A stretch of 64,000 nt of DNA from Eledone cirrhosa (GCA_964016885.1 OZ024741.1:110236001-110300000); one strand, 5' to 3'. Shown: positions 13,867 to 27,860, numbered from the stretch's first letter. Notes: generated by a model from the letters alone, not told the origin. Translations and numbers: made by a program.

Positions 13867-14043
13867 TGAGATTCTACAGGACTAGAACTGTTTCATTCAT
13901 TAGAAATCATCAGGAACTGATGATTTCTAATGAATGAAACAGTTCTAGTCCTGTAGAATCTCATCTATATTAAAACTGTTATACTCTGCTATGTATTGAG
14001 TACCTTACTTACTGTGGTTACCTCCGATTCAACCCGGAATAAC
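13860..14043 (+). mobile_element. Fold-back mini-element family P1 (Penelope pLTR-like) with hammerhead core
   Basis: Perfect 54-bp arms 13860-13913 and 13917-13970; CTGATGA-TTTCTAATGAAT-GAAAC at the apex; relatives at 22905-23005, 31666-31710, 34115-34213, 38170-38250. Confidence 0.75.
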
Positions 14044-14078
<35 letters not shown>

Positions 14079-14158
14079 TGATATATATATATATTAACGA
14101 TATATATACACATTACGTATGTGTATATATATATATATCTGTATATATATAAAATTAA

Positions 14159-14190
<32 letters not shown>

Positions 14191-14572
14191 CTGTGTGTCT
14201 GTGTATTACCTATAGGGGCCTACATCTTACGACCGATTTTCATGAAACTTTACAGGCTCATAGATTAGTCATCGGGGAGTGTTTTCTATATCAGCGTATC
14301 GTTGTTTTTATTCCGAAGTCATTCTTCAGATAAAAATCGATAGGGGGGGGGGGTCACCTTTTTTAGGTATCGAAAAATAAGATTTTTAACTCTAACTCCC
14401 ACATTTTGCCACCGATTTCGTTCAAATTTTAAAGAAAAATAGAATTTATCATTGCACATCCTGTAATGGCTTTATATTTTTCATTTGTTGTTCAGAGACG
14501 GCGTGGCAGCCGCTTAAATATTCAAAAATACCACTTTTAGACTCAAATTTCCACTTTTTCACACAAAGATAT

Positions 14573-14782
14573 ATCTTCTAGACATATATATAAAACTGTT
14601 GTTGTTGTTGTGTGTGTGTGTGTCCTCATTTTCGAAAAGTCTATACAAATCCACATTTCTACTCCGATTGACTTCCAACTTGCATTTATATATTCCTTGC
14701 GATCTAAAGATATTAACTGCAGCTTTGATTTTTCAATTTTCTGTTGTTAAAGGCGTGTTAGGCGCCGGTTAGCGATCTCTCT
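14573..14782 (+). mobile_element. Non-autonomous Helitron 5' fragment
   Basis: Starts A|TCTTCTA; reverse complement of 44655-44856. Confidence 0.65.
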
Positions 14783-15059
14783 CTCAGAGTGCTCGATGCT
14801 TGGGATAGTTGAGTGTAAATATAGTCTGGGATTTGCTGTCGAAACGGCTAGAGCTCAGCCGTCGGGCCCTGACTCTCTACTATATATGTGTGTATATACT
14901 GGCTAAACTAAAGGCCTTTGTAGATCATGTACAGGTTTTGTGCAAGGAGAAGCTCTGTAAAAAATTTCAAAGAAATCGCATGAATGGTTTAGAATATATG
15001 AGCCCTCATTAAAAATTGTCCACACATACACATACAGAAAACTTCATCTTTATATATAT

Positions 15060-15144
<85 letters not shown>

Positions 15145-15147
15145 AAA

Positions 15148-15385
15148 AATAAACAGAAAACAACACAGCAAACGATAGAGTACAATGAAAATGAAAATAT
15201 ATATATATATTACTTTAGCGCTTGATATTGCATTAAAAGAGTCTTAACGTTTCAGACGCCATTCCTCCAAGAAAAGATAGAATAAAAGATAAACGAAGAA
15301 ACAAATAGATGGAGGAGAGTAAGAGGAGAAAAAAAAAAGAAAACATATTTGGATAAAAAGTTATCCATTTTCGGTAACAGTTAGT
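15148..15385 (-). mobile_element. Decayed Penelope pLTR related to 37250-37450
   Basis: Shared AAACAGAAA.AACAC, CGCTTGATAT, GTCTTAACGTTTC.GACGC. Confidence 0.55.
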
Positions 15386-15397
15386 CAGAATATATAC

Positions 15398-15428
<31 letters not shown>

Positions 15429-15429
15429 C

Positions 15430-15489
<60 letters not shown>

Positions 15490-15594
15490 ATCTGAGTTTT
15501 TCGAATATTAATAACATTCGATTCGTTTGCAATTATGCAAACAAGATGCATATATACATATATACATACACACACACAAACACACACACACACA

Positions 15595-15644
<50 letters not shown>

Positions 15645-15650
15645 TACATT

Positions 15651-15703
<53 letters not shown>

Positions 15704-16027
15704 GGAGAGAGGTATATAGATAGATAGAGAAAGACACCGAGAGAGAGAGTGAGAGAGAGAGAGAGGGAGGGAGAGAGAGAGAATGTATAATTTAAATGTT
15801 ACATCAACTACGGGCAGCCATGTTTAGCAGTGAAAGATCAAGTTAAAATTGGAAACCTCTCTTAACATGGATGCAGTAGTTCTAAACTATAATACAATAG
15901 ACTAATAATCGATACTTAACTCTCAGAAACAAATGTACCACGTTATGTGGTAACCTAACTTAGAAATAACTTAAAGGCGACAAATTTACAGAGTCGTAGA
16001 GAAGGGTCTCAAACACAAAAACTCTGA

Positions 16028-16365
16028 TTCTTCTTCGTGGCACACTTATTTCTGAGAGGGTCGTGGGAGTAGAGTCCCCAAACACTCCCCCCAGTGGGTC
16101 TTGTCAGAAGCAACCGTCTCCAACTTATCTGGCTTGATCCCCAAGCGTGACCAACCAAGCCCATGGATGTTATCCAACCATCTTGCTCGGGGTCTACCCC
16201 GGGGTCTCTTGCCGATTGATTTTGCCCGTAAAATCTGTCCAGCGATTCTTTCTTGAGACATTCTAACCACATGCCCATAGTATCGGAGCTGTGATCTCTC
16301 AATTCGGAGAAGTAGTGGTTCTACCTGGACTGACTCTCTGATCTCCGAGCTACGCACTTTATCGA
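16028..16365 (-). mobile_element. RTE-clade LINE 3' end
   Basis: QLRYYGHVVRMSQERIAGQILRAKSIGKRPRGRPRARWLD followed by GAAGAAGA tail. Confidence 0.88.
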
Positions 16366-16457
16366 AAACTCAAAAGGGACATTATGTCCCGGGAAGAGGC
16401 ATAACTGGTTAAAAGTGAGATGTGGCGAAGGTAATTTCTTCAAGTTATAATAGTTAT

Positions 16458-16591
16458 AATTGTTTCTACTTTTGGCACAAGGCCAGCAAATACCCAGTGT
16501 ATTACTGGTACTTTATTTTATCGACCCCGTAAGGATGAAAGGCAAAGTTAACATTGGCAGGATTTGAACTCAGAATGGCAAGGGCCGTAAC
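16458..16591 (-). mobile_element. SINE family A
   Basis: Reverse complement of consensus. Confidence 0.9.
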
Positions 16592-16817
16592 TATAATAGT
16601 TATAATGTTAATCTACAATACACCTTTTTTTTATTTTACATCAAACTGAATACGTATATGATAGAAGAGGAATACATTTTGTTTCAAATTATTTGAATTA
16701 CGTTTTTACTTTTGATAAATTCACTTTTTTCCATTCTCAATTTTGATAAATTCTTTTTTTTTTTTTCATTTTATTACCAAGTTTTAGGAAAATATTAGTC
16801 ATAAAAAAATTGTCTAT

Positions 16818-16884
16818 CGAGGGCCACAGAAAAGTAGTTTGCAGGCCACATACGGCTCGCGGGACGCATATTTGTGATCCCTGG
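16818..16884. mobile_element. Possible hAT transposon terminus
   Basis: GGGCCACA...GGCCACATACGGCTCGCGGGACGCATATTTGTGATCCCTG resembles GC-rich hAT subterminal end. Confidence 0.35.
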
Positions 16885-17161
16885 GTTAAAGCATCAGATA
16901 AAATGATTCGCGGTATTCGCTCATGCTCCTCTGCGCTCGCAATTCAAATTCCGTGAAGGTCGAAACATTTCGCGATCTATAAACTAAAGCACCAGTCCAG
17001 TATGTACTGGATTCCATTCTCGCTCTCACTCTCGTTCTCACTCTATGTATTCTCATATACCGACACCAGTACATATTTTATCGATCTTTAAGCTATGGAA
17101 CTTAACAAACAATAACAGTATGGACACACAAACAGATGCATTATATATATATATATATATA

Positions 17162-17400
17162 TCGCTGCCATGTCCTGCGTCTCCAACAGACCAGTGTCTG
17201 TCCTTAGGGCATCAACATACGTTAACCTTGTTCTTCCTCTTCCAGTGTGTCCATGTAGGGGCTGCCACAGGAGCACTGAGTGCAATGTCAACTCTGGATG
17301 CCGGTGAGCATGTCCAGCTAACCTCAGTCTCAGGACATGGCAGCGATAATGAGGGACAGAGACCGCTGGAGAGAACTCGTCCATGGCTCTCGGGAATTTT
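17162..17400 (-). mobile_element. RTE-X-like LINE 3' fragment
   Basis: RLRLAGHAHRHPEL..VLLWQPLHGHTGRGRTRLTYVDALRTDTGL. Confidence 0.75.
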
Positions 17401-17439
17401 ACCCGCCCTAGATAGATAGATATATATATATTGTTATAC

Positions 17440-17832
17440 TTGGGGAGGGTCATATTGTTGTAATAATATTGCCAGAATTAATAACAGAACACACTCACTG
17501 TTTGGTTAGTTTCGCTTCTGTATCTTTTATATCAGTTAATTTATTCGGTCCTCAATGTTTACCATTGACTGACCAACAATACAACAGGAGGTAACATAAT
17601 AGCACCACTGACAATGTTGCAGATGTGCAACGAAAGAACTTTGTTAGACTATATATATGTGTTTGTGTCTATATTATAGTGTATTTTTGACCGTTGGTCA
17701 GTCAATGGTAAACATTGAGGACCGAATAAATTAACTGATATAAAAGATACAGAAGCGAAAACCAACCAAACAGTGAGTGTGTTCTGTTATTAATTCTGGC
17801 AATATTATTACAACAATATGACCCTCTCCAAA
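17440..17832 (+). mobile_element. Fold-back element with about 135-bp inverted arms and a degenerate hammerhead in the spacer
   Basis: Arms 17443-17578 and 17693-17831; CTGACAA-T-GTTGCA-GATG-TGCAAC-GAAAGAACTT at 17608-17641; (TA)n both sides. Confidence 0.75.
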
Positions 17833-17838
17833 TATAAC

Positions 17839-17940
<102 letters not shown>

Positions 17941-17965
17941 CACACACATATATATATATATATAT

Positions 17966-18014
<49 letters not shown>

Positions 18015-18039
18015 CACACATATATATATATATATATAT

Positions 18040-18080
<41 letters not shown>

Positions 18081-18091
18081 TATATATATAT

Positions 18092-18140
<49 letters not shown>

Positions 18141-18181
18141 CACACATATATATATATATATATATAAATATATATATATAT

Positions 18182-18292
<111 letters not shown>

Positions 18293-18294
18293 CA

Positions 18295-18410
18295 TGCCTG
18301 ATGATCCTGTGAGTGTACAGGTTAAACTCCAAATAACAAGACTCACCACATATCCATAATAAAGAATAATTAAACTCTACTTCGATATTGAGTATTCGTT
18401 CACACGTCCA
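18295..18410 (+). mobile_element. Penelope pLTR-like mini-element family P3 with degenerate hammerhead
   Basis: CTGATGA-T-CCTGT-GAGTGT-ACAGG-T-TAAAC; homolog at 38265-38463 has GAAACTCCAGAGTA. Confidence 0.55.
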
Positions 18411-18618
18411 TTAATATCACACGTAAAAATAAACATATGTATATATACAATATATACATATATTATACATATATATATATGTGTGTGTGTGCGCGTGGTT
18501 GCGTGTGTATATATGTATGTAAAGCAATACTCTACTATCCTAAGTATCAAGTACTCTATTGACTAATGGTCTAATTAGTTTTAAACTGGTTCTATTCTGA
18601 TACACACATATATATATA

Positions 18619-18696
18619 CAGGGTGCCCCCGAAAATATATACACATATTTATTAGAATGCTGTTGAACTGTGTATACATTTTTTGGAAACACCCTG
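18619..18696. mobile_element. Tc1/mariner-type MITE
   Basis: TA-CAGGGTG...CACCCTG-TA with imperfect TIRs of about 25 bp. Confidence 0.7.
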
Positions 18697-18965
18697 TATA
18701 TGAAGAGCGTCCGAACAATTTCCGTCTCAAATATTTCACCGACACTCTCTAGGCATTAATCAATATGGTGCTATAGAAGAAGAAGACACTACTTCCTCAA
18801 GGAATCGAACCCGAAATCACCTAATCATGAAATGAACTGCTTCACCACACAGCCATAAATGCCCACGAACTGTGTTTAGAACTACATAGAGATTCTCCTG
18901 ACTCAAGTTGTGGATCCTGGGCCACAAATGTTCTACATAACCAGGAGAGGGCCATGTGGAATTGT

Positions 18966-19153
18966 ATTGGCAGTATCGGTAGAGGGTCGGACGCCATGCT
19001 TTGACGTATAGAGTTACGGCCCTTGCCATTCTGAGTTCAAATCCCGTTGAGGTTAACTTTGCCTTTCATCCTAACGGGGGTCGATAAAATAAAGTACCAG
19101 TAATGCACTGGGATGATAATTGCTGGCCTTGTGCCTATTGTAGAAACAATTAT
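18966..19153 (+). mobile_element. SINE family A, near full length
   Basis: TGGCAGTATCGGTAG (box A-like) ... GAGTTCAAATCCC (box B) ... GTAGAAACAATTATT. Confidence 0.9.
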
Positions 19154-19383
19154 TGCTCTCACCCCTTCAAACTCCGACTCCATCTTCCCAGTTTTCAATC
19201 AAGTCTGTTCAAGCTGTGGCAATGTTCGTCATCGATCTCCCTGTGAGGTTTGCAGGGTGTCTCTAGACAATCATGTTTATTTAGTCAACTGTGTTAGTGT
19301 GTGTGTGTGTGCGCGCATGTTTGTATATGTATATGTATGTGTGCATATATGTGTGTGTATATCTATGTATATATCAATATATC

Positions 19384-19507
<124 letters not shown>

Positions 19508-19539
19508 TACATGCACATACATATAATCACATATAAGTG

Positions 19540-19571
<32 letters not shown>

Positions 19572-19670
19572 AGCCAACATGCATACATAAATGCATACAC
19601 ATATACACACACTCACATGTGTGTGCGTATATATATATACACATATATATATATATATATATATAATCAA

Positions 19671-19720
<50 letters not shown>

Positions 19721-20248
19721 CACACATAAAGCAATATATCCGTTATGAAATATTAGTTCATGAACAGTTAGAAAACCGCTCCATTAGATGGAAGAAAGGA
19801 TCTTAAGATGGAGATTTATTGTACGATAACACGAGAAATTCGATTAAAAAAAAACTCCAAACTAGTTACACACATCAACTGTTCAGTGTTTCCTATTTTC
19901 TATCCATAATTATTTTCCCGTTTCTCTTCAGTTCGTTTTATATTAATATTTTTCTATCTTATCATTCGTCTCATTTTCTGAAATAACCGAGTGAGAGAAA
20001 ACGAGGTGTGGGGGAGGGGGGGGGGGGTATAGACAGATAGTGAACGAGGGGGGGGGGGGGGGCAGAATGAGAGGCACAGATAGATAGATAGATAGAGAGA
20101 GAGAGAGGAGAGAGCAGAAAGAGGGAGACAGATAGAGTGAAAGTGAGAGAGAGAGAGAGAGAGTGAAAGTGGGAGAGAGAAAGAGAAAGAGAGACAGTCT
20201 GATAGGCAGACAGAAAAACAAAGAGAGAGAGGGAGAGAGAGGAGGAGG

Positions 20249-20311
<63 letters not shown>

Positions 20312-20434
20312 GGAGTAAGGAAAGGAGAGAAGAACGACTGTTTGTACGTATAATATATGGCACTATCATATTACAATGGAGTCTAGTTTGATTGAAGCAG
20401 ACGATATAACTTAACACATTGATTCTGAGTTATC

Positions 20435-21105
20435 GTTGTTGTTGTTGTGGTTGTTATGATGTGGCTAGTGATGATGATGATGATGATCGTGGCGGGGTGG
20501 GGTTGGGGTGGTGACGATGATGATGATGACGATGATGATGATGATCGTGGTGGAGTGGGGGTGATGATGATGATGATGGGTTGATGATGATGATAATGAT
20601 GATGATGATGATGATGTTGATTATGATGATGATGATGATGATGATGACCGTGGTGGGGGTGGGGTGGGGTGGGGTGGGGTGGTGACGATGATGATGATAA
20701 TGATGGGTTGATGATAATGATGATGGTGATGATGATACTTCCAATTACTACTTGTGTTGTTATTGTTCTTATTTTTATTACAGGTTCGTGTTGTTTATTG
20801 TTATTGCTTTTGTTGTTGTTGTTGTTGTTACTGCTGCTCTTGTTGAAGTTGTTCTTATTGTTGTTGTTGTTACTGTTGTTGTTTTTGCTATCGGTTTTCC
20901 GTTGTTTTTGTTGTTGTTACTGTTGTTTAGTTTTGTTTTGTTTTTTTCGTTTTGATGACGTTATTGTTATTGCTGTTATTGCTGTTGCTGATGATAATGG
21001 TGATGACGATGGTGATGATGATGATGATGATGGTGGTGATGGTGGTGGTGATGGTAATGGTGATGACGACAATGAAGATGATGATGATGGTGATGTTGTT
21101 AATAT

Positions 21106-21137
<32 letters not shown>

Positions 21138-21845
21138 CTGACGATGACGATCATGATGTTGATGATGATGACGATGGTGATGACGACGATGGTGATGATA
21201 ATGTTGATGTTGATGATGATGAAGATGATGATGACGATCATGATGATGGTGTTAATGTTGATGATGATGATGATGATGATGACGATGTCGATGATGATGG
21301 TGTTAATGTTGATGATGATGATGACGATGATGATCCCGATGACGATGATGATGATGATGATCGTGTTAATGTTGATGATGATGATGATGACGATGACGAT
21401 CCCGCTGACGATGATGATGATGATGGTAATGGTGACGACGATGATGATAATGATAATGATGTTATTGTTAATGTCGGTGGCGTTACTCTTGATGTTGGAA
21501 TTATATTTATGTTCCAAGTTCAAATCCCACTGGAGGCGACATTACTTTTTATCCTCCCGGGGTTAGATATAATCGACTATTAACACCCTTCCCACCACCA
21601 CCACCACCACCAAATCTTCAGCTTTTGTCCCTGTGTTAGGTATGATGATGATGATCATGATCATGATCATGATCAACATCATCATCATCGGCATCATCAG
21701 CGGCGGCGGCGGCGACGGTGGCAATTATCACTATCATCATCACCACCACCACCAACACCATCATCATTATCATCATCGTCATCATCATCAGCACAACCAC
21801 CATCACAACCATCATCAAGATCATCATCGCCATCATCATCGTCTG
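20435..21845. repeat. (GAT)n/(GTT)n/(CAT)n trinucleotide arrays
   Basis: Direct reading. Confidence 0.9.
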
Positions 21846-22045
21846 TGTATTTATCTTTTTTATCTTCGGACGGCTGTTGGGATTTGGGCTTTGTTGTTGT
21901 TATTGCTGCTTTTGTCCGAAGATAGATACAGTGGCAAATATACATAAATAATAACCCTAGCTTCACAGTCAGACACATTAATAGACAAAAAAAACAAAGA
22001 TAGGTAGGTTGGTAGGTTAATAGATAGATAGATAGATAGATATAT

Positions 22046-22535
22046 TTCTTTATTAGCCACAGGGGCACAAAAGAAGGGGACAAATACAAAGGGGGAAGTT
22101 TACATACAATAAAAACGTGTAAAATGTTATCACAGATGGAAAGTTAGTCGATTTTCCCCAATAGAGGGAGACAGTTTATATGGGTAACACATACCCCCGA
22201 AAAAAATGTGCAACCCTCATCTCCAGGAGTACGAAGAGCTTGTACTCCTTTCCTCTCCTCCTCCTTTTCCTCAATCTACAGGCTGATATAGAGAGAAGGC
22301 CCATTCACTCGGGCCATTCTCGCCACTTTCACCCACCTTTCATAAAACTTGCTGGGGTACAGCACCTCTCTCTCTCCATCCTGATTCTTCTTCCAAAGTG
22401 GTATTTGAAAAAAAGAATCAGTTGTTGGCCGGAGAGAAAGGTGTCTGACCTCAGCCCTTTCAACCTTTCCACCATACAACCTCTTTCGCCATAGCTATCA
22501 CACAAAGGAAAACCGCCTCTCCTTCGTTTTTGAAG
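22046..22535 (-). mobile_element. L1-Tx1-like LINE copy 3, 3' end, between (GATA)n tracts
   Basis: RWVKVARMARVNGPSLYISL*; ends GTGGCTAATAAAGAAA. Confidence 0.9.
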
Positions 22536-22553
22536 AGAGATAGATAGATAGAT

Positions 22554-22627
<74 letters not shown>

Positions 22628-23320
22628 TTTTCTATCTATTTTTCTAAGACAGATACATAGATACGAAGATATCCTTAGATAGCTGCTGCTTGACTACTGG
22701 ACATCTTGTCAACACTGTTGTGTAAAAGGGAGGTAGGGAAGTTTATATCAAATTACCATTTCCCTCTCAAAGTTAGCACACACACACACACACATACACA
22801 CACACATACACATATATATTTATATATATACAATTAAGGATGGTGTTCGAGGGGAGGGCCGAAGAATCCACATTCAAATAAGATATTGATTTATTTTTTA
22901 TACAAATGATTTCTACAGGACTGGAGCTGTTTATTCGCATGAAATCATCAGGACATTCCTAATGATTTTATACAAATGAAATAGTTCTACTCCTGTAGAA
23001 GTCATATATATATATATATTTATATATGAAAAGATTCAGGATCTCGACGACTGAGCTCCAGCCGTTTCGACAGATAGATTCGAACATTCACACACACACA
23101 CACACATATATATATAAATATATACACACTACTTCCTTCTCCTGATCCCCTGCCTGTCCAGATACACTTGCCATTATCTGCCCTCCACTTTCTCAATCAG
23201 ACCAGTTTACTACTATGATAAATTCAACCAAAGCACTACCAAGACCAGCGACCTATTTTTTACACCCTACAAATACCACTTACACCCTTGAAAGGCTTGC
23301 TAAACACACAAGCCGAAATC

Positions 23321-23356
<36 letters not shown>

Positions 23357-23580
23357 TGTAATAAAACTCCGGATGAATAAAAACCGTGGTGTGCTTCACG
23401 TCTGTTAAAGAAAATGTCGGCAGATCTTTAATCAACCAACTTTCTTCAATTCAATATATGTATAGCTACTTTCACGGTGCTATCATTTCTATAATATAAT
23501 AAAAGGAGGAGTGCGGGATAGTGTCCATTTTATATTTTTTTTATCCCGTTAGTAAAATAAGTTGGATTACTTTGAATAAA

Positions 23581-23686
23581 TAATTGTTTCTACGTTTGGC
23601 ACAAGGCCAGCAATTAACCAGTGCATTACTGGTACTTTATTTTATCGACCCCGTAAGGATGAAAGGCAAAGTTAACCTCGGCGGAA
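23581..23686 (-). mobile_element. SINE family A, truncated
   Basis: Reverse complement of consensus. Confidence 0.9.
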
Positions 23687-23916
23687 TGAATATTATATAA
23701 TTTATCTACTAAATTTTGTAACACATGATTAAACATAAATAATGTAATGTATTGCTTATTTCAAGATTCACTTCTTTTAAAAGTTTCAAATTTCAACTTC
23801 CAGTATATCGCCATCACCACCACCACCACTTCAACTACCATGTATATATAGACAGAGTGAGAAAGAAAGAGAGAGTGTGTGAAGAGAGAGATACAGAGAG
23901 ATAGAGTGACTATGTG

Positions 23917-23975
<59 letters not shown>

Positions 23976-23980
<5 letters not shown>

Positions 23981-25312
23981 GTTTGTAAATGTATAATAAA
24001 GCCAAAACAATGCAGGTATGGACATAGAATAAAGAATGCAAATGCAAAAGATATTGTTGACAATTAGTCTTTTACCTTAGATTTATTTAAATGTCCTTAA
24101 TTTTCGAGATAATATCTCTTCTTCGAAGGGAAGTAAATCGGTTAAACCAGTGTTCTAAATAGCTTGCCAAGTCATGCTGACAGAAAATGGGTAATCCTGT
24201 TGTCTGTCTGTATGTACTTCACCTTCCACCACCACACATACAACAGACAACAGGATTACCCATGGGATCCAGCCTATCGGGCCTGCTGGCCATCACCTAT
24301 ATGAACCAGCTAGAATGCCGAGCCCTCAACACCTGCCATTCCCATACCTTCTTCACCCGATATGTAGATGACATACTCATCCTTACATCATCCCGTGAGG
24401 AGGCAGATAAAATATACACAACATTCTCCAGCATGAACGCCAGTATAAAGTTCAGCATGGAACACCCCGATGACCGCGGATCCCTATCCCTACTGGACTT
24501 CCAACTCAGGGTAACAGAGGAAGGTAACATCCACACTTGCTTCTATAAAAAAAGCCGCCAGCAGGGACCTGTTCGTACATTTCAGATCAGCCCTCCCAGC
24601 CAGCGCTAAGTTCGGATACGTAAGGAACGAACTAACACGTATCCGGAACAAATGCACCGACGCTAGAGACCGAGACACACACACCACATATTTCCTGGAA
24701 GTACTCAAACTGAACGAATACACGACATCCACCACAAACCGTGCCAGAAAGAACAGAGGACACCACACCCGAGGCACTAACACTTGCTATCTGAGGCTTC
24801 CACACTTCAGTGACGAAACAACAACAGCCATCCGCAGAACTATCAGACGAGGGGGACTAGATATCCAACTGGCCCACTCAGGTCCTTCTCTACGCGGACA
24901 GCTAACCAAAAGACACTCCACCAGACATGACAACCGCCGCAGGCTAGCCAACTGCCCCATCAACGACACAGACCTATGCCACCAGGCTTACGTCGTATAC
25001 AGGCTAGAGTGCGACAAATGCAGCAACTTCTACGTAGGTAGCACCACCAGACCACTCCACATAAGAATAAAAGAACACCTCAATACTAACGCTTCCTCAT
25101 TTAAGAAACACCTAGTTAAATGTAAAAACACCAACAAAACCATAACAGTTAGGATAGAAACTAAGGAAAGAAGCCTCGGCAATCTTAGAATTAAGGAAGC
25201 ACTAATTATAGACAAAACACAACCACCAATCAATACTAGCATAGAACTCCAACACCCAATTTATAACTTGATAGAGCATCTAGCCCCATATTTACACCCC
25301 CCCCCCCACCTT

Positions 25313-25348
<36 letters not shown>

Positions 25349-25907
25349 GCACACACACACACACACACCCATACACACACACACACTCACGCTTACACCT
25401 CCACTTATTCTCTCTCACACACACACATACACACACAAAGACCAGTTCTAACACGAGATAACATCTATCCCCCACATTTACGTATAGACATATCTTCTCA
25501 CACTCTCACACACACACACACATACTTACACCTCATACATTCTCCCACACACTTAAACAGGCATGTACAAAAAAAACCCTTTTAAAGGGAGACTACTCTT
25601 TATCCACCTAACCTTAACTCTTTGACATTAGAGATAGAACAGATACTCTATACCATTTCCTGTCAGCATGACTTGGCAAGCTATTTAGAACACTGGTTTA
25701 ACCACTTTACTTCCCTCCGAAGAAGAGATATTATCTCGAAAATTAAGGACATTTAAATAAATCTAAGGTAAAAGACTAATTGTCAACAATATCTTTTGCA
25801 TTTGCATTATTTATTCTATGTCCATACCTGCATTGTTTTGGCTTTATTATACATTTACAAACGTTTATACCTCATTACATAATGCTTCAAGTGAACTATA
25901 ACTTCCT

Positions 25908-25910
<3 letters not shown>
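23976..25910 (+). mobile_element. 5'-truncated Penelope-like element: RT plus GIY-YIG endonuclease with inverted pseudo-LTR
   Basis: QTTGLPMGSSLS, RYVDD, LLD, YKK RT motifs, frameshift near 24550; VVYRLECDKCSNFYVGSTTRPLHIRIKEH and KEALII GIY-YIG near 24990-25270; 23976-24190 is the inverse of 25652-25868. Confidence 0.93.
25712..25749 (+). ncRNA. Minimal type I hammerhead ribozyme (degenerate core) in Penelope pLTR
   Basis: CCGAAGA-A-GAGAT-ATT-ATCTC-GAAAATTA-AGGA; inverted copy near 24093-24132. Confidence 0.55.
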
Positions 25911-25954
<44 letters not shown>

Positions 25955-26094
25955 GAGAGAGGGGGAGAGAGAGAGAGAAAGAGGGAGAGAGAGATGAAGA
26001 GATAAGGGGTTTTTTCAACGCACTGTCGTGTATGTGTATATGTGTGCGTGTGTGTATGTGCATATACATACATTTATATGTATTAAAAATATAA

Positions 26095-26745
26095 TAATAT
26101 AATGCTTACAGAACGAAAACACAAACAAATATAATATATACAAAAGAAAGGGAAAGGCAAAAAAGAAAGAGAAAAAACCCAGAAGCAGGTAGCAGCCACA
26201 TCTAGGACCACATACAACAAAAGGCAGGTGCAAGGGGTAGGCAAACGAAGCGCTACCATAGCAAAAGATAATAGTGTCGCGAGGAGAACTGGGTAACCTC
26301 TCTAATAATCTTTGGGGCAAGCCAACACGTTCACAGTGTTACCTCGGGCGATGGCGAGGCTGAGGTGCTGGAACAACCAAGCGCCCTCACGTGCATCACC
26401 AGTTACCTCAGTTAGGCGAGCTGCCAGTGAAGATATGAACCTCGCAGTCAGCCCGATTCCCCCAAACATCTCGAACGCCACTGCCTGGAAAATGTAGTTA
26501 GCTAACAGATCACGGTATTTTAGGATTTTACCCCGTTCGGCTGCCGATGCAATAGCTCTCGCCCTTACCGCTGCACCCAGGATCAGGGAAGAAGCAAAAG
26601 AGTCGCTAACTGTGGCGCCCCAGATACGGCACATGTCTGTTGACCAGGGGCACAGGGTAAGACCGTCAAGTTTTCTTCCATCAATTGTAGACAACCCAGA
26701 TGGTTCCAAAATTGAGGGGATGTTTACCCGGGCCAAACCTCTTGA
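26095..26745 (-). mobile_element. CRE-clade non-LTR element 3' fragment (restriction-like endonuclease)
   Basis: LEPSGL..DGRKLDGLTL.PW...AERGKILKY...AFEMFG...QHLSLAIARGN. Confidence 0.8.
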
Positions 26746-26915
26746 GTGGTAATAGGACAGTGTGTGTAAGTGCACGCACGTGAGTTTGTCGGTATCCTTA
26801 AATTAGAGACGCGTGTGTGTATGTGTCTGTCATATATATATGTGTGTGTGTGTGTCATATATACATATGTGTGTGTTTGTGTGTGTGTGTGTGTGTGTGT
26901 CATATATACATATGT

Positions 26916-26962
<47 letters not shown>

Positions 26963-27064
26963 ACCGTTTTTAAGTTAGAGACCTATGTGCGTGTATCCCC
27001 TTCCTTCCTTTTACACACACATGCACTCACACAAACATACACACACATTGTGTGACGGACGGAT

Positions 27065-27733
27065 GGACAGACGTCGCTCAAATTTATATACATGTGAATG
27101 GAGTTCAACTGAAGCAGGTAGAGAAGTTCAAGTATCTCGGGGCCGTATTCACGGGTGATGGAATGCAAGAGGCTGAATTAAGTGCAAGAATTACAAAAGC
27201 TGATGCAGTTATGCGCCAGCTTCAGCATTCAATAATCAGAAGGGAGGTAGAAGTAAAAGCCAAACTCGGTGTCTTCCTGGTATTCTTGCCAACCCTTAAC
27301 TATGGTCAAGAATTTTGGGTAATGACCGAAAGAAAACGATTGCAAATACAAGCGGCCGAAATGGGGTTCCTCTGAAGGGTCTTTGGAGTAACTTTAGTCG
27401 ATAAAGTGCATAGCTCGGAGATCAGGATCACTCCAGGTAGAGCCGCTACTTCTCTGGATTGGGAGTCCACAACTCCGATACTATGGACATGTGATTAGAA
27501 TGTCTCAGGAAAGAATCGGTGGACATATTTTACAGGCAAACCAACCGACAGGAGACCCAGAGGTAGACCCTGAGCAAGATAGTTGGATAACATCCATGAG
27601 CTTGGTTGGTCACGCTTTGGGATCCAGATGGATCAGTTAGATATGTTTACTACTGACAGACTCGCTGGAATGAGTGTTTGGGGAGGACTCTGCCTCTACG
27701 ACCCTCTCAGAAATAAGTGGGCGAAGAAGAAGA
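27065..27733 (+). mobile_element. RTE-clade LINE 3' fragment, same family as 16028-16365
   Basis: LKQVEKFKYLG..ELSARI..LPTLNYGQEFWVM..IQAAEM; GAAGAAGAAG tail. Confidence 0.88.
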
Positions 27734-27860
27734 TATTGTCAATTTACTTTTCAATTTATATATATCTATAAGCATATATATTGGCATATAATACCAATAC
27801 GCGCACTACATATGCTAGCAGAAAACTGCCCGAAGAACGGTTCTTCTACTAGTATTATAT

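Noticed and set aside
20669-21583. Signal-peptide-like Leu run followed by poly-Asp, resembling an acidic shell protein
   Set aside because: Built from (GTT)n and (GAT)n microsatellites open in several frames; no independent coding evidence
23385-23425. Possible decayed hammerhead (CGGATGA...GAAAATGTC); similar weak cases at 31084-31110 and 59436-59468
   Set aside because: Core and stems too degenerate to support
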